Shown here piece after piece: positions 1-12,900 of a stretch of DNA of 64,000 bases (positions are counted from its first letter, which is position 1; each line of letters opens with the position of its first letter). The translations under genes were made by a program, and so were the position numbers. Source of the DNA: Octopus sinensis (Eukaryota); the NCBI RefSeq assembly GCF_006345805.1, contig NC_042999.1, forward strand, positions 10,726,001 to 10,790,000, given 5' to 3'. The notes under the pieces are model-generated. The model ran no database searches. It had not been told where the DNA came from and saw only the letters and a program-made list of their open reading frames with translations.

Positions 1-280
1 GGTACCTTGGGCATGTGTCTTCTACTATAGCCCTGAACTGATCAAAGCCTTGTGAGATTTCATAGATGGAAACTGAAAGAAACCCGTCACATGTGATAAG
101 TGCAAATGAGCATCACCATCATGGAAAAGCTATCCATTTCCAATTTTCCATGAAAACGTACCCAGCCAGGCAAAAATATTATTTTACTTGCAAACAAGTA
201 AAGGTTGGTGACAGGAAAGATACCCAGCTATGGAAAATCTGCCCCAGTTAAGCATGGAAAAGTGAACGTTAACACAATGA
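1..280 (+). mobile_element. tRNA-derived SINE ('family E': family-A-type head region plus RTE-like 3' tail), truncated by the window edge
   Basis: 1-90 matches the family A head/body (accttgggcatgtgtcttctactatagcc...gatggaaactgaaagaa). 230-280 matches the RTE tail (ggttggtgacaggaaagatacccagc...catggaaaagtgaacgttaa). Similar copies at ~26080-26400 (-), 43300-43515 (+) and 62925-63385 (-). Confidence 0.7.
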
Positions 281-1263
281 TGAAATTACATCTGTATATT
301 CAGGTGCAAGCATGGCTGTGTGATAAAGAAGTCTGCTTCAGAACAACATGTTTCCAAGTTCAATCCCAGGGTGTAACACCTTAGACAAGTGACTTCCCAT
401 TTGAAGTCATATTGACCTCTTTGAGTAACAAACACCTCATCCACACAGCAATGCTTGAATGGTCATGTATGTTTATGATATCTAGGAACTCTCAGAGTGG
501 TTGGCATTAGGAAGGGCATCCAGCTGTAGAAATCATGCCAAATCAGACTGGAGTCTGGTGCAACCTCTCAGCTTACCAGCCCTGGTCAAACCATCCAGCC
601 CATGCCAGTATGGACAACAGACATCAAATTATAATGATGAACATAGTATAAACACTGAAAATACGAGACTATTGTTTTAGGTTTTAAGTTCATAGGAAGT
701 GACCACATAAATGTGGGTGTTGTGAGGGTAAAAGAAACAGAATTATTTTGAGGTGCCTAGGCATGGTTGAAGAACACTAACTGAAAGCAGAAAAAGTGTA
801 ATAAAGAGAAAACTATGGATTAGAAAACAAGTTGACCCACAGAGTATTATTGATTGGCACTATTTGTAATTGAATCAACAGACTGTGTGCAGAAGGTAAG
901 AGGAAAGTACCTCCAAGACAGAATCCATTCATTCACAAGAGGAGGAGGAGGAGCATTTTAACATAATTAGAGAGTATTCTCCATTGACAATCATTAACAT
1001 ATCTATTATTTATCTTCTTTTTCCTCTCTGATCAGAAATGTTTTAGCTGTAACCATCCATCTGTTCTTCAGATATCAGTCGATTTAGGATTCCGTTACCT
1101 TTTACATCTTTCTTTTCAAGATGGCTGGATGTAATACAAAAGATATCAGACTGTTATTTTCAGCTAGTCAAACAACTACAAAAAGGCTCCTATGTATCAT
1201 CACCAAGTGTGTCTTTAAGATTCTTTTTGGAAAGTTAAATCTCCAATTTCTCCTAATTATGTC

Positions 1264-1487
1264 TTAACCCTTTTGATACCAACATGTCCAAGACTACTTC
1301 AGGTTCTATGATAACAACTTCTCTGTTTTGAAACTAACCTCAAAACTTTTCCTTAAAATTTCATGTTAATTTGCATTCCAAACACCAGCTTAATAATGAC
1401 AAAATCATTTTATTAAATTCTTCATGATTTTCAAAATTAACTGAAATAAAGACTGTATTTCAACCGAAATATGGTAAGAAAAGGATT
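1264..1487 (+). mobile_element. Non-autonomous TTAA-flanked (piggyBac-like) MITE, family 1
   Basis: Starts TTAA-CCCTTTTGATACC and ends with a decayed GTAAGAAAAGG(G)TT. The same ~225-bp body recurs at ~15362 (partial), 33210-33435, 58488-58719 (-) and ~60230-60447 (-). Confidence 0.7.
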
Positions 1488-2259
1488 GGAAGAGACACTG
1501 CCACACCACACACCCCAAGAGAAGAGAACCCGTTTTAGAATAATGCTTTCGTTTTTTTAAACACAGAATCTTTTCTTACAGAGAAGAAGGATGCTTCTGC
1601 AGCTGTTGTTCATGCAACTCTTCTATGCCAATGTGCTTCAAATACAGTACTTACTGACCATAGAGGGATGAAAGCATCATTTATATACAGAACTGTGAGG
1701 CACGCCTTATAGATTAAAGTTTGTTTTTTTCCCCCCACATAGTGATGGATACAGAAATCTTTGAGGAGTGGGGAAACAAATGAAGGAATGTTGTTGCCTT
1801 TCACAAGGGTGACTAATTTTTTTTTGTTTTTTGTTTTCATAATGGGAGTAGGAAGTGGAATGAAAATTGGGTCATAGGAAGTCTCTGTGGAATTCCCTCC
1901 TACGTATGTGGAATATAGATGTTCAAACTGAACATCCACTGCATCAGGGGCTAGCTTTCAAAGTGATGGGCACCCTCTTTTCTCATCTAATTGAATTATA
2001 AAACAAGCAAAAACAAAACCAAAAAAAAAATACCCCTAAGTTTGCAGAGGAGCAACCGTTTTGGTATCTTGGCTCCAGCATGGGGTTTTAATGTTGAATT
2101 ATGGGAAACCAAAGCCCAAGTAATACATCTTAAAAACATTTAGTTAAACATTCTATTGTTTTTCTAACTTGGTGTTTATTTGTGATGGTGGTGATGGAGA
2201 TGATGATGATGGCAACAGAAGCAGCAATAGTAATAATGATGATGATGATGATGATAATA

Positions 2260-3250
2260 ATGGTTTCAAATTTTGGCACAAGGCTTGCAATTTTGGAGGA
2301 GGGGATAAGTTGATTAGGCAAAATGAAATGTGTCTAAATTAGAAACAATTATTTTAAATGCTGGGGGAGGAGGTGAGTTGATTAAGTGAAGCCAAATACT
2401 TGACTGGCCCCTATATCTTATCATCCCTGAAAAGATGGAAGTTGGCTTCAGCAGGAATTTGAACTTAGACTATAGAGAGCTAGAACAAATACTACAAGGT
2501 ATTTTTTTTTCAATGCCAGTTCTGTAGGTCACCTTATAATAATAATAATAATAATGATGATAATCCTTTCTACTGTAGGCACAAGGCCTGCAAATAGGGG
2601 AAAAGGGATAAGTCAGTTACCTCAGTCCCGGTGTTCAACTGGTACTTAGTCTATCGGCCCTGAAAAGATGAAAGACACAGCTGACCTCAGTGGAATTTGA
2701 ACTTGGAACATAAAGACAAATGAAGTACTGCAAAGCATTTTGCCTTGAATGCTAATGATTCTGCCAGCTCACTGCTTTAATAGTAATAATGATTTCTAAT
2801 TTTGGTACAGGGCTGGCAGTTTCTGAGGGGAGGGGCAAGTCAATTACATCGATCCCAGAACTTGACTGGTACTTATTTTATCAACCCCAAAGTGATGAAA
2901 GGCAAAACTGGTCTTGGTGGAACTGAAACTCACAACATAAAGTATGATGAAATGCCACAAAGTCTTTTGTCCCATCTGCCAAGGGTTCTGCCAGCTCACC
3001 TTAATAATGTTTTTGTCACAGACAACAAGAGTACAACATTGTAGTAAAAATTATTTGAGTGAATCACAGTATATAACTGGTACTTATTTTGTGCAGATTT
3101 TAATTCCAATCCAATAATGATTTATTTTGATACATGATCATAAATACATAGGAAATGGGTACAATCAATTCAATTGAAACAAGCATATTACTGGTACATT
3201 TTCAACCTCCATCAGGACAATCAGGAGGAAAGGCAGAATTTGACTAACGA
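2260..3250 (-). mobile_element. Stack of 4-5 co-oriented decayed SINE 'family B' copies separated by (AAT)/(GAT) repeats
   Basis: Repeated reverse complements of ...gagctggcagaa...gttcaaattcc...ctttcatcctttcggggttgataaa...aggccttgtgcc at ~2260-2330, 2360-2530, 2560-2780, 2790-3005 and 3060-3250. Confidence 0.75.
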
Positions 3251-3674
3251 GTAATTAATCAATTTCTACTCTGTGAATCCTGAGCTTTTTACTGTAAAAA
3301 AAAAAAACCCCAAACAACAACGAACATTATGTAAAGAAATTTGAGCAAAGAGATATGAACGGCCCCTCATAAATCCAGCTGATGTGAGAAGGTACTGAAG
3401 AAAGAAAAGGGGAAAACAAATCTCTGCAGTACATCTCAATGTTTTCTTATCCATTTTATAGTTCTGAGGAAAACATCAGCAGACAGGTATCACAAGCTGA
3501 GGCACCGTTGAAGACGGCACACGGTAGACTAGATATGAGAGGTAGGATGAATAAACAGAGAGGAGCAATTAGGTACACGCACGTTAGTCATCACAACCTT
3601 CACCGTGGATAGGGGAGTCTTAGTTATACAAGCCTAATGTGAGCAGATGGATGGATCTGTGCTATTCATAGGTC

Positions 3675-3677
<3 letters not shown>

Positions 3678-3740
<63 letters not shown>
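3678..3740. repeat. (GA)n microsatellite, representative of many (TA)n, (CA)n, (GA)n, (ATT)n and (GAT)n tracts
   Basis: Direct reading of the sequence. Confidence 0.98.
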
Positions 3741-3744
<4 letters not shown>

Positions 3745-5557
3745 GATAATGTTGGGTGAATGGAACAGAACCAACTTGTAAAACTGTGAAAGGAAAAACA
3801 AAATAATTTAACACTAAGTTATAAAAATAAATAACATAAAAGGTTATGTTAGACTTTATCTCAATTTTTTATAAATGATTCTTAGATGAAGTCAATGAGC
3901 AACTTCACTTTTAACCTTCTTAGAACCAAAACTTCGGTAAATTGCTCCTGAAAACAGATGTTGTAAGCATAAATCTTGAGACTTGGCATTAATAATTTCT
4001 CTTATAGCCTTGGGGTGGATAAACTGTTGGGTGCAACTGGCTAGTTTTGGGGTTGAAAACAAAGAAAAAGAGAAGCAACAAAGATAATGATGAAATTATT
4101 TTGGGGACAATTTTTTTTCAAGCAAGCTTTATATTTAAGTAGTGGATTAAAAGAAAAGCAGACCTTGGTGGAACATAGAGACTTAAGTCTGTCACAAGCC
4201 CTAGGACGATCTTGCAACACCCTAACCATTATGCCATGAGCCTTCACAGAACACAGAAAACCTAAAACAATAATAACAGAGGAAAGTATTTATTTATTTA
4301 TTCCATAGTAACCCTTTTTCTGTCACTGCAGTGTGGATGAATGCTTAAAAAGCTCCCTTTGTAATTAGGGGATTTGATTCCGCTGACACCTTGAGAAAAT
4401 GTCTTCTACTACCGCCTCAAGTCAAGCCAGGCTGTGAATGATATTGGATAGATGGAAACTGCATGGAATTTTTTTTTGAATACCTATACCTGTAATTCAA
4501 AGAATCAGTCAGGTCACACACTGCTACAAGATACAAGTGTCTGTAGAGATCACAGTAGACAGATCAAACTACTAAAACACTCATTAAAGCCAAATGAAAC
4601 CCATTCTTCTAACAATGAAGATTTACCTTAGAGTTGCTTCAAGTGGCAGGATAACTGACTTGACTCTCTATGACATGAAGTTCATTATCATGCTGAGATT
4701 AAACTTTTCTGGGTCAGTTTTGTTTCTTTTATATCATGCTGCAATCAATAAAGCATGGAGCAATTCTATTTGTTTGGGAGTCAATCTGTTATATTTCTTA
4801 TAAGATCTTACAAAGAAATTATTCCTAACAAAGAAATAATCATTTCAGAAAGATTCTCATTCCTCAAAACCCATCAGATCCTGTTGAATGGTCTAATCCA
4901 GGCCAACTTGGAACTTGGACATTAAATAATAATGATGATGATGATGATCTTTGAAGCTTATATCTTCTACAAATGTCATCTATAAGAAGATGCAACAATT
5001 TCTCTAAAGACTAGTGCTTGACATGTTTCTCATCAGCTGCTGGAGGAGGTTTTAATGTCCAAAAAATGGCTGCACAGAAATCACTGTTCTATGACTGAGT
5101 GCAACCACTTCTTGAACATTATGAAAAAAATACACAAGAACTACAAACCAGACTCTCAGAAGATAATGCTGTTTCTTTCGATCATATAAAAAACATATTG
5201 GAATCAGAAACAACGCCATATTCACTATTTGTAATTATAAACCAAAAATTGGATGCAATAATGAGGAAATAGACACAGAATATGTAGGATAATAACAACA
5301 TGATGGGCTGTAAAGATAACAGGTAATCAATTCCATTGTGTACGTTCTGTTTGTAATTTGGGAGTATTATAGAAACAGTAACCCCACAAATGACTGCATC
5401 AACTTGATCAAAGCAACAGAGTTATGACCTCATCATATTCTACAATCCATTGCCATGAAATAACAACATAACCTATTTTCTACTGAAACCAGCCATAAAA
5501 CAGACACAGAGTTCTAAACATACTTAATGCCATGTTGTTTATTCATCATCACCATCA

Positions 5558-5615
<58 letters not shown>

Positions 5616-6370
5616 TAGCAACATCAGGAGACAGGTTGAAGGGAGAAGAATGCAACCTTCAAGCTGAGGCAAATGGTAGAATATTCACAAATTAGATGCC
5701 CTCCCAGAACATTAAACTGGTATTTATTACACACATATCTTCATATTTAATGTGTCGGTATGCAGAGGGAACAGGATGTGACAAGATTAATGACTGACTG
5801 GTTTCAGTTGCTTGATGTTTAATTATGGATTTAATTGCATTAAGTGGATAAGTGGAAAACTACTCCTAAGACAAGATGCCAATCTATCTCAGGTGTGGGC
5901 ACATTTAGAATGGGGGTCCCACCTCCTTTTTAAAACTGTTCGATGATGGTGTCCCAGTATGACCACACTCCATTGACAAGAATCAGTAAAATACTAAAAG
6001 AGTACCCAATCTGAAGTCAAGCAGCCATTTATCATATCTGTATTAACTTAAGACATGAGCTCAAAGGTACAGCTCGGAGTTAGAACTCATGACCCATTAG
6101 TTGTTAGCTCAACTTCATCTATCTGCATACATTTATACATGAATATGTGTGTAGATATTTATCCCTGCTTCTCAACCATAAATATTCCTGAATTAAACAG
6201 GATTGTCCATTCATTGAGTCACAGATGTCACAGAACATGTATCAACAGTTGATGTCTGTGACATTTTTTTTCTTTTATTGTCAAACTCTGCCAGAGTTAA
6301 CATAACTTTTTTTGTAATTCAAAAGTTTATGATCAAGTATCTATAATATACAACAATTAAGTATCTGTAA

Positions 6371-6767
6371 TCTTTATATATAAAAGTAAGGTTGTGTGTC
6401 TGTCTCCTACGATTTAGATTCCTAACTACTCCCACATTTTGCAGTGCAGTTTAACCAAAACCGGGTATCTTATAGTCGTGATTCATATCGAGCCCTTCTG
6501 GGTATTAGCGCGCGTCTACGATGAGTCTACGATTTAAAAAAAAATTTACCATAATTTTTTTCCATTTTAATGCATTTTTTCGCTATTATATAAGGGAAGT
6601 AACTCTCTAAAAATGTCTACAATGAGTCAACGATTTAAAAAAAAATTTACCATAATTTTTTTCCCATTTTTAATGCATTTTTTTGCTATTTTTTGGCTAT
6701 AACTCTCTAAAAATGCTTTATAGTTATTTCCCTTACAAACCCGAGCAACGCCGGGTGATACTGCTAG
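6371..6767 (+). mobile_element. Non-autonomous Helitron, family 1
   Basis: 5' A|TC(TTTATATATAAAA). Subterminal hairpin CCCGAGC-AAC-GCCGGG at 6740-6755, then CTAG|T at 6764-6768. No TSD. Internal ~100-bp tandem duplication (~6514-6715). Confidence 0.85.
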
Positions 6768-7129
6768 TAAATTATAATTATCTGTAATTCATTACGATTA
6801 AATATTTGTAATACATTATAATTAATTCTTTCTAATACATTACAATTAATTATCTGTAATACCTTATAATTAATAATCTATATCATAATTAAGTATCAGT
6901 AATATATATCATAATTAGCAAACCCGTGTCATCAAAAGTTCCGACAGTTTTATTAATGATAGGAAATGGCACATGGAAACAAGGAACATGCCTTGCAAGA
7001 CAGGGATGCTTGCTTGCAACTATTGCTGGTATCAAGGCAAGGAGACAGTAAAACAAAGACACACACACACTCATATACATATATATACACACATGTATGA
7101 ATGTATGTATGTATGTATGTATGTATATA

Positions 7130-7177
<48 letters not shown>

Positions 7178-7210
7178 AATGAAAGACGGAAGATGGAATA
7201 TACGAGAATT

Positions 7211-7332
7211 TATTATTAATCATGACAATTATTTCGACACATCCAGCATCGATTCCTTTTGTGTGGGACACTCAACAACTAGTTCAGGAGCATCCGGTGG
7301 TGGAGATACATCTCATCGGATGATAAATAATA
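7211..7332 (-). ncRNA. Type I hammerhead ribozyme fold (variant core CCGAUGA; GAAAU-AAUU-GUC)
   Basis: Stem I 7332-7320 pairs with 7223-7211 (12/13 bp). Core CCGATGA at 7319-7313. Stem II 7312-7304 / 7244-7236 (9 bp, 4 G.U). GAAA at 7235-7232. Stem III A-U-[AAUU]-G-U. Predicted cleavage after GUC at 7224. Confidence 0.7.
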
Positions 7333-7346
7333 TAATGTATTAAATA

Positions 7347-7729
7347 TCTCTCTCTATATAAAGCTGAAGTTGTCTGTGTTTGGCAGGTTTAGTAGCCTTC
7401 AACTAACACTATTTCCTCCGAGACCCTGCGACACAAGTTGACCAAAATTGAGAGTATGATAGAAGAAGGCTTGCTCTTCCTTCCGTAGAAGAAAAAATTT
7501 CAAATCGGACCATGTTAACACCAAAAATTATTTACATCAAAAAGGTGCTTTTTTTCTATGGAAATCTCTATTTTTTGACTGCTGTGTTGCCATTTTTCGG
7601 TGTATTTCAACCAGAAAAATGTTCACTTAAAGAGAGTAACAAGCTACATAATGCAAAATTTTTACTTTTCAAAAATTCCAATTCTAAAGGCTCGAAACAA
7701 ACCCGAGCAATGCTGGGCGATACTGCTAG
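7347..7729 (+). mobile_element. Non-autonomous Helitron, family 2
   Basis: 5' A|TC(TCTCTCTATATAAAG), hairpin CCCGAGC-AAT-GCTGGG, 3' CTAG|T at 7726-7730. A second copy lies at 35469-35854. Confidence 0.85.
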
Positions 7730-7954
7730 TATTATAATAAAGGTGGCCTGTTAGCAATTAGAACCTAAAAGAAAATTAATAAACAAGTGTACAAAAATAG
7801 TTCCAGTATTGTTAGAAATAAGAGTCAAAAGCGACTCGATCACTACATAAAACACTAACCTTGTGAGATTGATGAAAAGCAAGGGAGCAAGCAAAAACAC
7901 CTTTCTATGGTGAGATAAACTCACAAAAGGAAGTAAACAGAGATATCCATATCC

Positions 7955-8541
7955 TTTTACACATGCCCCCAGCACAGGTGCCAGTAAGGCAACTTTGGTA
8001 ACGATCACACGCAAATGGTACCTTTTTACGTGACACTGGCATGGAAGTCAGTTGGCTGCTCTGGCAACGATCACGCTCGGATGGTGCTCTTGGCACCCTA
8101 CTAGCACGGGCACAAGTGCCAGTAAGGTGACGCTGGTAACGATCACGCTCGAATGGTGCCCTTTAAGTGCCACTGGTATGGAAGCCGGTTAGCTGCTCTG
8201 TCAATGATGACACTCGTTTGGTGCTCTTTGCACCTTCCCAGCACGGACACCAGTCATCGAATTTGATTTTGATTTTGCTTTTGATTGATTTGATTTCACT
8301 TGCCTCGCAAGCAGAGTTTTAGTGTCCAAAGAAGGAAAAGGTATGCATAAGTGGACTGGTTACGCCCCTGGCATAAGCCATGAGATTATGGTTTCATTTG
8401 GCTTGCCGGGTCTTCTCACGCACAGCATATTTCCAAAGGTCTCGGTCACTAGTCATTTCTTACGTGAGGCCTAAAGTTCGAAGGTCATGCTTCACCACTG
8501 CATCCCAGGTCTTCCTGGGTCTACCTCTTCCACAGGTTCCA
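7955..8541 (-). mobile_element. RTE LINE fragment (ORF2 C-terminus plus 3'UTR, terminal tail missing)
   Basis: Minus strand encodes GTCGRGRPRKTWDAVVKHDLRTLGLT*EMTSDRDLWKYAVREKTRQAK*, nearly the same as the end of ORF2 at ~20010-20154. Its UTR carries about 4 copies of the 65-nt module. Confidence 0.9.
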
Positions 8542-9885
8542 TACCAGCTAATTCTTTATTCAACTATGACTTTAGTCTTTATGCTCTCCAACACTGTTGA
8601 CTGTTTTCACTGAGAAAAGGAGACAATAAAAACAATAAAATTTAGCTGAAACACCCTATACCTGAATTTCACTATAAAAGTCAATTTGGAAGTCACTTTG
8701 TACATAGCAATTTACAGGATTCTCTATCGGAGAATTTCATAAGAAAGACATCAGAAAAACTTGAAATTGATCTATAACCAAATGTAAAAAAAATAATTTC
8801 ATTTTTAATTTTCGGCCTTCAGAAATATTCATATATTCATAAATACCACAATTTTTCTTGGGTTTTTCTTTTAATTGAGCTCCAAAATCATAGATTTGGA
8901 TGTCTTTTGATAAATGATTCCTATGAAGATGCCGACAGTTATCTAATACCTTAAACTACAGCAAGTGTATCTTGTGTTTCAGCAAAATAAACATCATCAG
9001 TTTCCTCTGTGTGTGGGTTCCTTGGCTTTATTTCTTTCCAGAACCCTAATATTTACAGTGTGCGGCTGTTTGTTGTAATAAATGACAGCAGGATGTAAGT
9101 ATGATGGGAGCCGTTTTTCTCAGCTCTGATCTTATTGCCTTGAAGGGGAATAGAGAAAAGAGGAAACTTATTCCTACTGCAACACAATCTTTTTTTCAAA
9201 GTATCATCATCAAGAGAGAAGAAATATTACTATAAAAAAAATGAAGTGAAACTGGAGAATATAAAGACCAATATAATCTACCAGTGGGGGAGAAAGTTTA
9301 AAACTATAAGAAGTGAAAATACTATGTCAGGAAATGAAACAAAGTTTTTCCACTGGCAAAGTTATTAAAATCCAGATGTATGTCTTACAAAGTGAGAGGA
9401 AAACAGAAATATCAGCCTTTTAATGTTGTGTTACCCATTTTATAGTGCCATAATGTTCAAGTATGAAATTGCAGAAATCAGTTCTAAAATTTTTAAAAAA
9501 GAAATGTTAATCGTTATCTAAGTAATAAGAATGGAATTTGAGCTTTATAAAATTCATTTCAATAGATCAAAAGGAAAATTCTAATATTATGAAGTAGGTT
9601 TCTGGAATTAATATCATTTGTTCATTAATTTTATGTTTGTTTTTCTATGCTAGTGTGGATTAGACACAAATTATTGAGGCATTGTCACACGGGGATGCCC
9701 TTCCTGTTGCTAACCCTTACCTGTTTTCAAATCAGGAACTTTCCATTCTACTTCAAAAATGAAAAGATAGTGGATGGGTTTTTGGCAAGGATTTTTTGAC
9801 AAACAACACTATTTGTAGCTTAGTGTTTTTTTTGTTTGGTTTTGTTTTCATGCTAAAAATGAAATGTAAACAGTCAGACAAATAT

Positions 9886-9921
<36 letters not shown>

Positions 9922-12900
9922 CAAGTATGAAAGGCTTTGAATTTGTGACTACGAAATTCAGTGAGAGGGCATCATTCAGTCCAGAGTTATAACAGAAGAC
10001 ACTTGTCCAAGATGCTGTGCACTGAGACTGAGCCCAAAACCTGGCACTTCAGAAGCCATACCAGCATCTATATCATCATCATCATTTAATGTCTGTTTTT
10101 CATGCTGGCATAGGTTGTATGGCTTGACAGGAACTGGTAATGCCAGGGGCTACAACAGGTTCCATAGTCTGTTTTGACTTGGTTGGATGACCTTCCTAAT
10201 GCCAACCACTCTGCAGAGTATGTTGGGTGCCTTATATATATATAGCACCATCACCCACACCTTGGGGGGTTTCGGATTCTGCTGTGGTCAGTGGGTCTTC
10301 TCGAGTACAGCACAGATGTATGTAATAGTTTCAGGTGATTGATTGTTAATAACAACAATTTACAAAAACCCAGACCAGGAACAAAAAAAATGGTAATGAT
10401 AACGATTGAAAAAGAAGGAAACTTTTGTAATCAATACCTGTAGTGGGTTCATAAATATAGAAAAGATGTGTGTGTGTGTGTTGTCTAAGTGTTTAAAAGT
10501 ACTTTAGGAAACTCTAATAGCAGTCAACAGGTAAATATGATAGCATGTGACATATATACACAGAAGACAGGTAACACCTTTAAATAGAAAAATAATAAAG
10601 ATTAATGTAGAAGGTAGAGCCAATGATAGTGTAATCTCAAAGACATGAAACAAATAGAAATAGTGAAGTTTCTTTGCATCATAATCAGGTAAGAATTTCG
10701 GCAATTCTAAAATTTCTATGTTTTTTTTTTGTATCTACAAATGTATTTGGCAGAAAAGAGAAAAATTAGGAGTATGATATGATGTAACTGGGGCCTATGC
10801 AATAAAAGTAGAGTGCTGGTAACATCTGGAAAGAAACAAGATGGGTATCGGCTGCTGAATATGTCATGTTAATCTAAGAGAGACTGCTGTGATACAAAGT
10901 TATGATGGAAAATGAATAATCTCCGAGTGATAATTAAAAGAGAAACCTGAGTCAGAGAGTGTCTGGAGATTAAACTATAGAGAATGAGTTAGTTGAACAG
11001 GAATAATGAGGTGTGTTTGTTGGAAATCAAAGTGAAAAACGAAGTAATTGGAGTTAATATATTCTTCAGAATTTGGGACAGGTGTGCTGGCCGACATGGT
11101 AAACCAAAATTTAATACTTCACTCTATCTTGTTTAGTGCCTCAGGGTTCTGAGCTGAAATTCAGTTGGGACCACTTTAACATTATATCCCCTGGAATAGA
11201 TAACATCTGTACAAATAATGTACGGGAGATGCATCAAATAATTCTGCTTGTAACTGACACAAAATATCAGTGTACAGCCGAAGAAAGAAAGCAATATTTG
11301 CTCTGAATTTCCAAAAATTACCTCACACACATAGGATAAAATATTAAACAGATTCATCATCATCATCATCATCAATATCACCACCACATGTGGCCATTAG
11401 AATGAAAACCTAACAGTCTAAAAATCTGACCACAGCAAAAGAAATCAACATAAAACTGCAGACAAGGAAGATTAATGGATAAAAAAAAAAAAAAATTAAA
11501 ACTTTGGTAGAAAATAAGTCTTGAAAATTTAACACAAAATCTACTCAATTCTTGAAAATGAGACGACATGTCTAATATGAATTTAGGGACTTTTATAGTG
11601 CTAAAGGAGCTGTAGACACCCCCCACCCCCCAAAAAAACAAGAAAATGTGAAAAATTTAAAACAAAAAAGATAAAACTTGAAGACAGTCATGTATTTAAT
11701 GAAACAAGTTTTTGGAAAAAGCTGTTCTTATGTATAAAAATCTAACCCACTAATTTGAATTTATTTGATAGTTTTCTTGCTGTTCAATTTAGCAGAGAAA
11801 ATATTAGGGAAACTTTACTATTTCCCAAGATACAGAATTTCAAGGATTGAATAAAGTTTTGTTGCAAAGAGAACAAGTGAAAGTTTTCTTGCACACAGCA
11901 CAAATCTACAAATAATCTTTAGTTGTAGAAAAAGAAGAATGATTCTCTAATGCTAATGAATGTTTCATTCATGCAGAAAAGTGACTAAACAGAGAGACAC
12001 ACAGACAGCTTTTATGACTTGGTTTTCTAGGAGGAGTAACACAGAAATGTCAGAAGGAAAATACAAAAATACATTGTTTCCAATAAAGCTTCTATTTGAA
12101 ACTAAAATAAATAAAACTCTACAATTGTAGTTGGCAGCGAGGAAAAGAATTGGTTTGAAACATGAAATATAGCTGTTAGAAAACCACCTTTATTGGTTTC
12201 ATGACACAACGATGCCACAATAATAATAATGTGTGTTCTGGCATAATTAAAATGACAATCTGTATCAAGCAAAAGACTAAGGATAAATCTTTTCCTGAAT
12301 ATTTCATTTTATTATTTACGTGTAAATATGTGTCTTTCAACACAAATGTCATGTTATTTTCATCTTCTAAAATCTCAAATTATCTTTAAGCTTTAGTCTT
12401 CCACAGCCTCTCTCACCCTTTATCATATCTGCCAGTTTTTCAAGGTGGCAAGCTGGCCGAAATGTTAGCACACCGGGCGAAATTTCATCTGTTCTGAGTT
12501 CAAATTCCACCAAAGTTGACTTTGCCTTTCATCCTTTCGGGGTTGATAAATTAAGTACCAGTTGCATACTAGGGTTGATCTAATTGATTGGCCCCCTTCC
12601 CCAAAAATTTCACTGGACTGTGACCATGCTGGGGCACTGACTTAACCAAACAAATTGACCCAGTGGTTAGTTGTTTTCTTTTTTTTAAGTCTAAACCTAC
12701 AACAGTAGTCCAAAGGTAGTGGTGGGAAAATACACACACACACACACATACACACACACATAATTATAATAATACTAATAACAATAATATTGAGGGTATA
12801 AACCCAAAATAAGTGAAATACCTCTGAATAAATAATGTATTTCATACATTAAAATGTAAACAAAACTGCTACAATTAATTGTAATATGAACCAACATTCT

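Noticed and set aside
1582-1712. Possible plus-strand terminal exon (ttttcttacag|..KKDASAAVVHATLLCQCASNTVLTDHRGMKASFIYRTVRHAL*). Similar isolated candidates at 9042-9094 (+), 25278-25334 (+) and ~32547-32614 (-).
   Set aside because: Splice-like signals are common in AT-rich DNA. No peptide was recognisable and no phase-consistent gene model could be built. RNA-seq would be needed.
4166-4245. Apparent minus-strand exon AHGIMVRVLQDRPRACDRLKSLCSTK with plausible splice sites
   Set aside because: Its first half (gtgaaggctcatggcataatggttagggtgttg) matches the head of the CORE-type SINE at 48264, so it is most simply a SINE relic.
5010-5045. Minus-strand CTGATGA-GAAAC-AT-GTC, hammerhead core words with palindrome ACATGT
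   Set aside because: There is no room for stem II and no stem I pairing.
4990-5280. Coding-looking plus-strand stretch (SAAGGGFNVQKMAAQKSLFYD*VQPLLEHYEKNTQELQTRLSED...)
   Set aside because: It is interrupted by stops and I could not assign it to a family. Possibly an old transposase relic.
7071-7343. Many ORFs rich in YI/CV/TH/RE/LS/II repeats here and at 41-52 kb
   Set aside because: They are translations of di-, tri- and tetranucleotide microsatellites.
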